DNA of 64,000 nucleotides from Girardia tigrina (lineage: Eukaryota). The notes under the pieces are model-generated. The model was not told the origin of the DNA and searched no databases. It saw only the letters and a program-made list of their open reading frames with translations. The stretch covers positions 1 to 64,000 of the forward strand of contig MQRK01222855.1 of the NCBI GenBank assembly GCA_001938485.1, in the 5' to 3' direction. Within the stretch, counting starts at the first letter, position 1; each line of letters starts with the position of its first letter. The translations under genes and the position numbers were made by a program. This document shows positions 46,002-57,900 of the stretch, piece after piece.

Positions 46002-49000
46002 GTTGTTGTTTTTTTGTTGGAGTTAAATTTGAAATTTTAACGGTTTCTTCTCTCTTTTTTCTCTCTGTTTCTGTCTCTTATCGAATCAGAGTTGAAGATG
46101 GAATCCCTGCATCTACAATTCGTGAAATCGGAATCTTGTTGGAATTCCAACAACAATCTCATCCGAATATCGTGCAGTACTTTTTGATGCTTCTTAGAAT
46201 TACATTAAATTATTTGGAAAATTATCAATTTAATAGGAAAAAGAAATTTTTCTAGCTAGTTAATTCGGAAAAAATTTGTATCGTTGTTGTTGGGTTCGTG
46301 ATTATCGATAGAGTTCATAACACAAAATCTTTATTACTATAACAATTAACGATTTTTCAAACAAATTTATGAGGGACGATGTTTTCTTATTTCGCACAAA
46401 CCAGATATCAAAATTGCTAAATATAAATATCAATATATAAATTTTATTTGAATTATAAATATTTATACGTTTTTATTACTGTTGGGTTCTTGATCAATAT
46501 TAGAATTCATAACACCAAAAATTTATTAATAACACAAATAACAATTATTCAAACAATTTGTGTTGTAATAAAAATTGTTGTTTTTTAATAAAAAAATTTT
46601 GTAGAGGAACTTTTCTATCGTTTTCTTTATGACCAGATTCTTATATAAAAATATGAAATTATAAATATAAATAACTGATAAGTTATATTAAAATTGAAAA
46701 TTTTTAATTCTATTTATTTGAAAATTTACATCCTTATTTTTAAATTAAAAACCAACAAAATTTTGTAGTCATATTTTTACTAAATTAACCATAATGATAT
46801 TTTATTATTTTAGAATTAGTTTAATGTTATTTCTTTTTTGGGGAAACATTTCCAATTAATAAAGATTTTAACGTTTTTTATTCAATATTTACAAATTTTA
46901 TTATTAATATTTGAAAGCATTTTTACCTTCAATTATTTTAAATACCAAAAAATAATTTAGAGTATTTTACAGTAATTTACAAATTTTATTATTATTACGA
47001 TGCGTTAATGATAAAAGTCTTAATTAAATTTTTTTTACAAAACTATTAAGAATAATTTTTAAAATTATTACAACCTATTTTATCCTTGTATTAGGTGTAC
47101 AAGTATGAAATTCGGATAAAATTTTGAAAAGAAAGACGTTAAAAACAAAAGAACGATAAAAAAAGCTTTATTCAAAATATGCTCCATTACTAATGATACA
47201 TTTGTCCCATCTATATCTCAAATTGTGGATACTTCGCCAGTAAAAGTCTTCCTTNNNNNNNNNNNNNNNNNNNNNNNNNNNNNNNNNNNNNNNNNNNNNN
47301 NNNNNNNNNNNNNNNNNNNNNNNNNNNNNNNNNNNNNNNNNNNNNNNNNNNNNNNNNNNNNNNNNNNNNNNNNNNNNNNNNNNNNNNNNNNNNNNNNNNN
47401 NNNNNNNNNNNNNNNNNNNNNNNNNNNNNNNNNNNNNNNNNNNNNNNNNNNNNNNNNNNNNNNNNNNNNNNNNNNNNNNNNNNNNNNNNNNNNNNNNNNN
47501 NNNNNNNNNNNNNNNNNNNNNNNNNNNNNNNNNNNNNNNNNNNNNNNNNNNNNNNNNNNNNNNNNNNNNNNNNNNNNNNNNNNNNNNNNNNNNNNNNNNN
47601 NNNNNNNNNNNNNNNNNNNNNNNNNNNNNNNNNNNNNNNNNNNNNNNNNNNNNNNNNNNNNNNNNNNNNNNNNNNNNNNNNNNNNNNNNNNNNNNNNNNN
47701 NNNNNNNNNNNNNNNNNNNNNNNNNNNNNNNNNNNNNNNNNNNNNNNNNNNNNNNNNNNNNNNNNNNNNNNNNNNNNNNNNNNNNNNNNNNNNNNNNNNN
47801 NNNNNNNNNNNNNNNNNNNNNNNNNNNNNNNNNNNNNNNNNNNNNNNNNNNNNNNNNNNNNNNNNNNNNNNNNNNNNNNNNNNNNNNNNNNNNNNNNNNN
47901 NNNNNNNNNNNNNNNNNNNNNNNNNNNNNNNNNNNNNNNNNNNNNNNNNNNNNNNNNNNNNNNNNNNNNNNNNNNNNNNNNNNNNNNNNNNNNNNNNNNN
48001 NNNNNNNNNNNNNNNNNNNNNNNNNNNNNNNNNNNNNNNNNNNNNNNNNNNNNNNNNNNNNNNNNNNNNNNNNNNNNNNNNNNNNNNNNNNNNNNNNNNN
48101 NNNNNNNNNNNNNNNNNNNNNNNNNNNNNNNNNNNNNNNNNNNNNNNNNNNNNNNNNNNNNNNNNNNNNNNNNNNNNNNNNNNNNNNNNNNNNNNNNNNN
48201 NNGGACTGTTGAATGACTAATGCCCAACCCATCTGCAAGTTCTCTGATTGTTGTACGGGGATCTGTTTCCACCATTGTCCTCAAATTGTCGCTGTTCACA
48301 GCAACTGGACGACCACGACCTACTTCAACCTCAAGGTTTTCATCTCCATCAGAAAATTTTCGGAACCATCGTTGCACTGTATGCTCAGAAACTGTTCCCT
48401 TGCCAAACGCTTTATTGATATTGCGAGCCGTTTCTGCTGCTTTACGACCCAGTTTAAATTCCTACAAGAAAATTGCTCGAATTTTAATTTTTTTCCATTA
48501 TTAATTTAGCACCGTAAATATTCTAAAAAATAACAGCAATATGTTAATAATGGCTATAAGGATATACAGCTAGGCATAAGATTTCAAATAATATCTAACA
48601 CTAATGCATTTAAACTTATATACATATCAAAGTAGATAAACAAAGTGTAAAGCTCAAAAACCGCCATTATTTTTCGACCAACCTAATATATAGCAAATTG
48701 ATGATTATGTAAACATCTTGCGTAATAACTAATTGAATATTTTCAACAAAGTGGAAGAGAGACTTGTAATTTATTAATTTTACATTAAAATTCCATTGTA
48801 AAAATTTTATAATTTAAGGTTTAAAAATCATATTTAAGTTTAATAAAAATTGTAAAAAATAAAATGAAATTTATGCAGAACTCACAAAAATAAAAATTAA
48901 TTTTATCGATATTTATATTTATATTTAGAATTTTAAAATCTAGTTTATGCAAACTGAAAATATTGTTCCTCATAAATTTGTTTGTATAATGGAAGTTGTA

Positions 49001-51937
49001 GTAGAAATAAAATTTATTCATAAATCTTGATCTTTATAAAGAATTAGTTAAAATTTTCGATTCGCTGAATAATTTAATTTTTTAATTTAAAAATTTTGCG
49101 AAAATTAAATGATTATGTAAGACAAAAACAGAGTTTAAAATCTAAAAAAAATCTTAAAGTTGATATATTCAGTAGAAATTTTCAAAATAAAAACTTTAAA
49201 AGAAATAATAAAATAAATAAAAGTTATTGCGTAAATTTGAATACCATTGGCAGACTGTCGAACAAAAAATTTCAAAGTCAATCAAAATTTATAAATTTCG
49301 ATGGTTTAACCATCATCGTCAGAACAAATGATTTTTCAAACGAAATTTACTTATGTTGTGCAGTTAATGATTGTGTAATCAATCTGTCGTCCTGTTTTGC
49401 TTTTGCCACTCCCGCGAATTGCAAAAAATGTTTCACATTCTTCTATGAACGTCTCCACATTGTCACCTTTCCTGAACTTTTCAGGTAGTAGTTGATTCGT
49501 GAAGTTGTCCAAAGCAACGTTGTTCGCCATGTAAGTAGCGTTTATGCCACCTTCATTATTATCACTTTCTAAAGTCTTAATTTAACACCACAAAAATTTA
49601 TTAATATTCATAATTCATATACTTAAACAAATTTCTTGTTACTACAATTATTTCGCCCAAAATTAGTTCATTAAATTCTTTCGATTAAATTTTGAAAATA
49701 TAAGAAAATTTAAATCTCAAATAATCTTACNNNNNNNNNNNNNNNNNNNNNNNNNNNNNNNNNNNNNNNNNNNNNNNNNNNNNNNNNNNNNNNNNNNNNN
49801 NNNNNNNNNNNNNNNNNNNNNNNNNNNNNNNNNNNNNNNNNNNNNNNNNNNNNNNNNNNNNNNNNNNNNNNNNNNNNNNNNNNNNNNNNNNNNNNNNNNN
49901 NNNNNNNNNNNNNNNNNNNNNNNNNNNNNNNTTAACTTATTCTATAACTTTTATTAAAATATGTTAATTGTTATTACTGTAAACATATTTTAAAGAAGTA
50001 TTTATTTTATCATATTTTTACTCTACATTGTAATTGTTAATTTATTTCTTAAATTTTCAAATTAAAAAAATAATAAACTATTTTGGCGAAACTTAAAACT
50101 AACCCCTCATAAGTACATCATTTAAAAACTCCCAATAAAGTTGTAGAGAATGCAGTTTGAACGTCAATTTTAGGATCCAAAGATCTTATATATAACGCTT
50201 CACATGTCACCCATTACATGTATATTGGTAAATGAGATCCGAACACAATCATAATGGCGTTGGAGATTTATTGCCGAACATGGTTTCAATTTTTAGGGGT
50301 ACAGGATATTACTTTTAAACTTATATCATTATCTAACGCTTTCAAAATAGAATTTTTAAATATTTTAAACCCCTCTGAATATGGTACAGTTAACACATAT
50401 TCAATTTCTAAACTTTTATAATTAGTGTTGCAAGATTGATCTTGAACATCTAAAATTTTAGTATTATTTTTGTTAATTAATTTATCAATAGTTTCCTTTG
50501 TTAATTTCTCCACTATCGATTTTGAATATCCTTTATCATATAATAAACTAAACAAATTATTATATGATAAGGGATATTCAAAATCGATAGTGGAGAAATT
50601 AACAAAGGAAACTATTGATAAATTAATTGACAAAAATAATACTATAAACCCATTGGGTTTAATAATAAATATTAAATTTTACAAATTCATTGCACTTAAT
50701 TTAAATGGAATAAATTAATTTATTGGTAATAAAATTTTATAAACATTAATACAATTTTGGTTATGAGTTATGAGCATTCAATCTATTGATAATGAAAGTG
50801 GCATAAACGCCACTTACAGTCTTAATCTCAAACCCAATAATAATCATAAAAATGAAATTTCCTGTTGATCTAATTTGAACACAATTTATTGATAATAACT
50901 AGAAAAAGTCTATTAAAATGGGTTTATTGAATAAGGCCTTAACAGTTCATATGAATGTTTATTGATATTTCAAAACGAAAAATTTTTTAAAACTCCTTTT
51001 AATTTTCATAAAAGATTACACGAAATAATTCATCGGGATGGAGAAATATCGATGGTTTTCGAATATATCGATTATGATTTGAAACAATTTCATGACGAAT
51101 ATTCAAGAGCCGTTAATCGCAGTTTGAAGAACAATGAGAATGCTGCTGTCGGACTCCCGGTCAACTTTGTCAAGGTAAATACCGCACGATTTTGACATGA
51201 TTTTCCAATCTAAAATAAATTAAAATACAGAACAAATCACATTATATGAATATTCACATAACGCGAGGAGTATTTTCGTTTCTCGATTTTATGAAGATAG
51301 AAACAAATAGTCATATTCGTACTATAGAATCTGTGCGGGAATACTCGCCGAAACTCTTAAATTAAGTTATGTAACTTTATATAGGGTGTTCCAAAAGTAA
51401 TGGGAGGATGTTTGCTTTAATCTATCTCCTGAAATACATTTTATTTCGCGGAAAATTATGTTTACGTTTTAACACTGACTATTTGTGGAGAAAATTAAAA
51501 TGGTACTCTTATATGCACAATTCCAGAATTACAAAGTGGAACGAAGATAGTGATATTTTAATATTGCTACTTCACCGCCTAAGTTTACAACGATCAAGGC
51601 AGTGTTTGAGCGATTTCAGCAGACTGGAAGCGTTGAAGATCTCCCCAGGTCAGGGCGCCCAGCTATATCTATAACATCTAAACGGCTCGAACAAGTTTAA
51701 AGGTTAGTCGCCGCAGATCCTTCAACGTCTGTGTCTCGTGGGGTAACCGCTCTTGACCTGCCACGAACGAGCTACCACCGCCTGCTTGTGACACATGATC
51801 TTAAGTTATACAAATTAATTTAAAAGTTTTGGGCGAGTTGTCCAGCACTTCATATAACATGAGGAGAATTTTTGTAGATAGAAACAAATAGTCATATTTG
51901 TGCTATAGACTCGGTGAACATATCAAAATAAATAATA

Positions 51938-51974
<37 letters not shown>

Positions 51975-54900
51975 TATGGATCATAGATTGTGATGTCATT
52001 ATATTCGAAAAGAATTTTTTAAAAGTTCTTAAATACTTTCTTTGTTCTATCCTTCCACTTTATCGTTAATATAATCTACCACATTTATATTAGTAATATC
52101 GTCTCCAGAGTCTTTTGTGTCAATGACTGTTTCTATTTCGGATTCGTATATCCCTTTAGAGTCTACTTTGAACTCTTCAAAACGTCTAATATTTTTTTTC
52201 TGCTGGAAATATTTATTAAGGAGGTTGTCTTTGCAAGGGACACAGCGTCTCGTTTTGTATTCTCTAGCGAAATTATCTAATTTTTGATAATTAAAATACT
52301 TCTATTGGATTCCTTTTTCATGAAGAAGGATGGGACTTTTTCGATTGACCAATCCCGGACAAAGGGTCTTCATATCGCAAAATACCTTACATTTCAACAA
52401 GTATCACTATAATGCTTTCTCACTATCTATCGCGGGTTTACTTTCCACGATGCTGTCGATTAAGTCAATCCCCAAATGTGGCATATTTGAACGACTATGT
52501 TGGGTCACTCGAAATAACCCCAGAAAACCCACATTCATTTTTTGCAATCTCTTTCACAGTTCATAGTTTACTTCATGTAATCTATTTATACGAATTGTTC
52601 CGCGACTTAGAATGCGTTCTTACGCAAAATATTGGATGAGAAGCAGTGAGGTAAAATAATTAACGAAAAACAATCGATAATTTTTTTACCTGGGTACAAT
52701 TGGAAGCAGTCTTACGAAACACTGGATGTCGTTCCTAAGTCTGTTCCTCTAGTTCAAAGGTTCCCAAACATTTTTCACTCGTAGACCCCTTGCCATGATT
52801 TTCGGTTTTGGGTAGACCCCCTGCTAAGAAAAACAATAGACCCCGAATTTTGATTTTTAAAAATCAATAAAAATCAATGTTTATAAACCCCGAGCATCAC
52901 ATAAAGAAAAAGTCGTTTTTTAAGAGCAAGCTGGATGTCGAACTTCGATGACTATTGTGACAAATATGTGGCACAGCCCAGAACTCTTCCAAAGAATATT
53001 TTTATGCAGATAAGGATCTTGGAGGACTTGGACTTGTGTCAGTGGAAGACGAAGATGCAATGCAATCGATAGTGCAAGCAATTCTAAATCTTACTTGTTC
53101 GGACTCGAAATTTCTGTTTGAAGATCATCCACAACACGGAATCGATTTTGATTTCTAAAACTCCCATCAACTCAATCTCTTCCCAGTTCCATCGCTTGTA
53201 TGCAAAACTAAAATTAACAAAGCAAACAAAGGATGACTGGAATATCTGCAGTTGCGATTGCAGACAATAAGAATAATTTTCAGTGAAAACATTACAAATG
53301 AAGAATGGCAATTCCTTCATTGTGCACGAACAAACAGTCTCCCAATTAATTACAAACCGAGAAAACCACTTAATGAAACACTCTGCTGAGCGTGCGGCAA
53401 AGGCACAGAGACACGGATAAATGTCTTGTGTCTCTGTAAAAGAAATAGTCCGATGATTATTTCCCGACATAATGCGGTGTCGCATATTGTCGAAGAAACA
53501 ATATCATCGGAAAAATCAAACCTACAAATAATTAAAGACCGTGAGTGCACGTGGTCTGACTCGAAAAGCAGAGTTGACTTACAATTATTCAATAATGGTA
53601 CAAAAGAACTCTGACTGATCGATGTCAAAACACCGTATAATACGCTTAAAAGTCTAAAGACAGCAAGAAAAGACAATGAGACGAAATATATGAAGCAGAA
53701 AAAGAGGAGGCCATAAAGCACCACAAATGATAGACGTTTCGACTGAGCACTATTGTGGTGGATTCCTTGGGTTCCTGGCAGAGTGAAAACGAAACTATAC
53801 TCAAAACATTAAAGCTCTCACATACGGCAACAAAAAATCTGAGACGCATGTGTATTGTCTCCCATGTAAAGTATTTTACTTTAACATAGAGCAAACACAA
53901 CAGTGGAACCCCTTCACATCAAATGCAGCGACTGTTGTTCCTGCAATCGTTGCGGCAGATGCGGCAGTAGTAGGGTACAAAGAAGACACGAGTAATGCAC
54001 TCCAATGAACGACTCTAGGTCGAAGTGTTCGTTTATTATTCGAGGATAGCGATAAGTATTCTGAACAGGAATGTGGTTGATTTGTATGTACTTTGATAAA
54101 AAAATACTTTAATGGAACTCCTATAATTTTACTAATTTTATTTATCAAAAATTACCCCCCAGGTTTGTCCCATGGATCCGCCCTTGTTACTTCAAGGACA
54201 CTTATAATGTTTAAATTATTATGGATTAACACTACCTGGGTCTCTAATTCTGGACATATGATGGTTTCTTCCTGAATATCAGGATTTCTATTAATATCAT
54301 CGTCATAATTTAAGAGTTCTTCAACAATTTCTTCATCATTTATACCTCGTAAATCAATTCCGTTTAAAAAATAACAATATCTTACACACAAACAAATAAT
54401 AATAAGTCTAGAAAAAAGAAAGAATAAAAGATGTTCTATAATTCTGTGACTGAAATGACTCAAACATTAATTCTCTTGATACGACAATATTTCAACATAT
54501 TCTGTGTAACTAATTAGATAAAATACAAAATATTAAGTCATAAGTATGATATGCATTGATTTGTTGAGCAATTAATTTAAGATTAAATATTTCTCACATT
54601 TCGTAGTAACGAATTGGGATTTTTATTTATAGTAAAATTACACCATTACTCTTTTTAATGCACATTATAGCTTGATATTGTCTTTTAAATTTCATTTTTA
54701 AATGAATATTTTTAGAACTATGCATAAGTTGAAAATTTCTGTTGTTTAGGAATATGAGTTCCGCAGAGGAACCAATACAGTATAAACAGCGTGTAACTTG
54801 ATAAAGGTGTTTGGTGAAAATCCTAACCAAAACACATTAAGTCGTTGATTTACAAAATTCATTTATCAAGATTTCTGGCTCAAAACTGAACTACTTTTAA

Positions 54901-57900
54901 GATTTGAAACCAAAGTGAATTATGATGAATTGAATACATTAGTGGAAAGGGATACATTTCAAACTACATGTGAATTAACATTATTATTTGATGTTTGTAT
55001 GCCAACAATATTATATCATTAGGTTTAAATTAACAAAGTAAAAAAGCTTGATAGATGAGTACACATGTTTTAAGTACGAAAAAAAATCAAATCGATGCTT
55101 GCATTTCTTAACTTTCGCTTAACAAAGAAAAGCTTTTCTTCGTCTTTTCATCACATGTGCTTAAGAAAGGATATCTTACAACAATCGTAAGCGATCAGCA
55201 CAATGATTTGACAAAGAAAAACCACCAAACCACTGTCCAAAAGCAAATATTCATCAACAGAAGCCCATGGTAACAGTTTAATGGTTCAGTAATGGCTTCA
55301 TCCATTAGAACACCACGAAACCTAGTGAATTTATTACTACAGGCGACTACTGTAATGGGTTGGATGAAATGATCCTGAATCTTGCTGAAAAATAACCAAG
55401 ATTAGGCAATAGAGATTGACAAATTTTATTCCATGATAATACTTTTCCACACATTGAAAATTTGACTAAATTAAAAATTATCCAGCTGTATTTATAAACC
55501 ACCATTAATCCTTTGTATTCACCAGTCCTTACTCCGACTGATTACTATTTCTTCCAGAATTTATACAAATTCTTAGAAAGAAAAATATTCAATTCTTAAT
55601 TGGCTATAGAAAATGTCTGCTGGGATTTCTTTTGCTCTCGTTTACCAGGCTTCTTTGATGTAGACATTAATAAGCTACCGATAAAAAGGCAAATGTGTGT
55701 CAATGCTACACTAGCATACTTTGAGTAATTGTAATGGCTCTTAGAAGAGATATGATAAGTCAATTTTATAATCAAATCTATGCATTTCATACCTATTGAC
55801 CTAATAATTAACTTTCCTTTATATTTTCCTCAGAATAAGCACAAGATAGTAAGTTAAATTATTTTATTTTTTTACAAAGTTTCCATACAAGCATCTCAAG
55901 CAGTGTAACAAAAAATATTGTAAAATTCAACAACTTACTAACAATAATTATACCGTATAACTTTTTACAAATTGAATTTTAACTTCAATTTATATAATTT
56001 GATTATGGATTATTAAAGAATATTTCCCATCAAATAATGAAGGCAGTGTTATTTTGCCATCAACACCGGGTTTTCCATAGAGATATTAAACCATCCAATT
56101 TACTGCTCACTAATTCTGGAATCATTAAATTAGCAGATTTTGGATTATCAAGGACATATTCATTTCCTAATCGAACTTATTGTCATGAAGTAGTGACACT
56201 GTGGTACCGGGCCCCAGAAATCATGCTTGGTGTAAATGAATACTTAACTGGTATTGACATATGGAGCATTGGATGTATCATTACAGAAATGGTTTTATTT
56301 TTTGTTTAATGTTCCATAGTTATTGTTAATGTAGATAACTGGTAAAGTACTTTTTCCTGGGGATAGTGAAATCGATCAATTATTTCTAATATTTAGAAGA
56401 TTTGGTAGTAATTTTATTTTTTACAAAAATACATTATTATTAGGGTAGTGCATATTTCCAACACTGGGTTTACAAATTTAAAAGTAGGGTAATGTCATTA
56501 AAATCTTGTTTTATATAAAATTTACATTCATATTTACATTTTACTTAACATCTGTGTAACTGATTTTTAGACTTTTCAGGAAATGTATTTATTATGAATT
56601 ACATTACATAGAGAATAGAAAATGTATGTATGCATTCGATACATGTTTAAAATGTTCATTTGATGCACAGAAAAGATTCCATTACGCTATACAAGACGGA
56701 CCAGCTTGCTAACTTTGGTGCTGAAACCGACGATTAAGTTGCCACTATCATTTTGGAACTCCGTCTTCACAAGCACAAGGTTTGCTTGAAAGTCATCCAC
56801 AAACTTGGGGTAAAACTTTCCAGTGAATACACGCCTTTTGATTTCCATATGCATTTCTTCAATTGGTTGACATTGGGGGTTTGTAAGATTGCCATTTGTA
56901 AGATTGGCCGACTTGGGAACACATCGCACTTGCTTGCTGGTCCGATAGTGTTGCACTGATGCACAGTAATGAGTAAAGGCATTATCCGGCCAAAATATAC
57001 TTTGGCAACGCAAATCATTTTTTTCAATAAAAGGAATGGGTCTGCGTTGAATACAGTGCAATTTGTAGATATCACTGCTGATGGCTAGTCCCTGACACCA
57101 GATAAACCAATGCGATATTCCACAGTCCCAGACAGCGTTACAAAGTTCTAGTTTCATGGGGTATTGGGTGACACCGGCATACTTTATTCGATCTGGAGTT
57201 ATAGTTGCATCCTTGGAATAGAAGTGGGAGAAAGAGAACTTAACAGAATCATCCACAGTTATGTACCTATCATTATCCATGACGATTAGTTGAGGTTGGC
57301 GGTAGTCGCTGAGCAGATACTTATTGTAAAGAATGACAAGCTTTATTCTCACTTCTTCAAGTTGGGAAGACTTTTAGAAGGGAGCTTTTTTTGTTTCCTA
57401 CACACAATATCAGCTCGTGGTAGAGTATTAGCGATGGTTTTTTGACAAATTTTAAAAGTTTTGGCTGTTTGTCGTAGGTGTTTTTCAGTTTTGTTGTTGT
57501 AGAAAGAAACCAAACCGCTAAGTACACAACCAGTAATTTTAGGTACACTTCCAATTATTCTGGTGGTTGTCGAAGACATCACCATCGTTTTCAGCAGTTG
57601 CGATTACCTTGGATACAGCAGATTTTGTATATCAAATATTCATGAGCACCAGTGCTTTCATTTGTTCGGATGCATTAACAAGTCATCGGAGTATAATGCT
57701 AGCTTCTTCACGGATGGGCATGGTGAAAATAGTGATATGTTAAGTAGTAAAGAGAGATATAAATCAATGAACTTATAATGATTGGTGATTGTGTGTGTGA
57801 CTAACCTACCAAAATATCTGAACTTTCTCACATACATTCGTCGCATATGGATGAGTCATAGCGTAGTCTCCAAATTATTTACACACACGTTATGTTCAAT

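Noticed and set aside
47168-48377. Long ORFs (331-388 aa) in the ORF track
   Set aside because: Artefacts of translating through N gaps.
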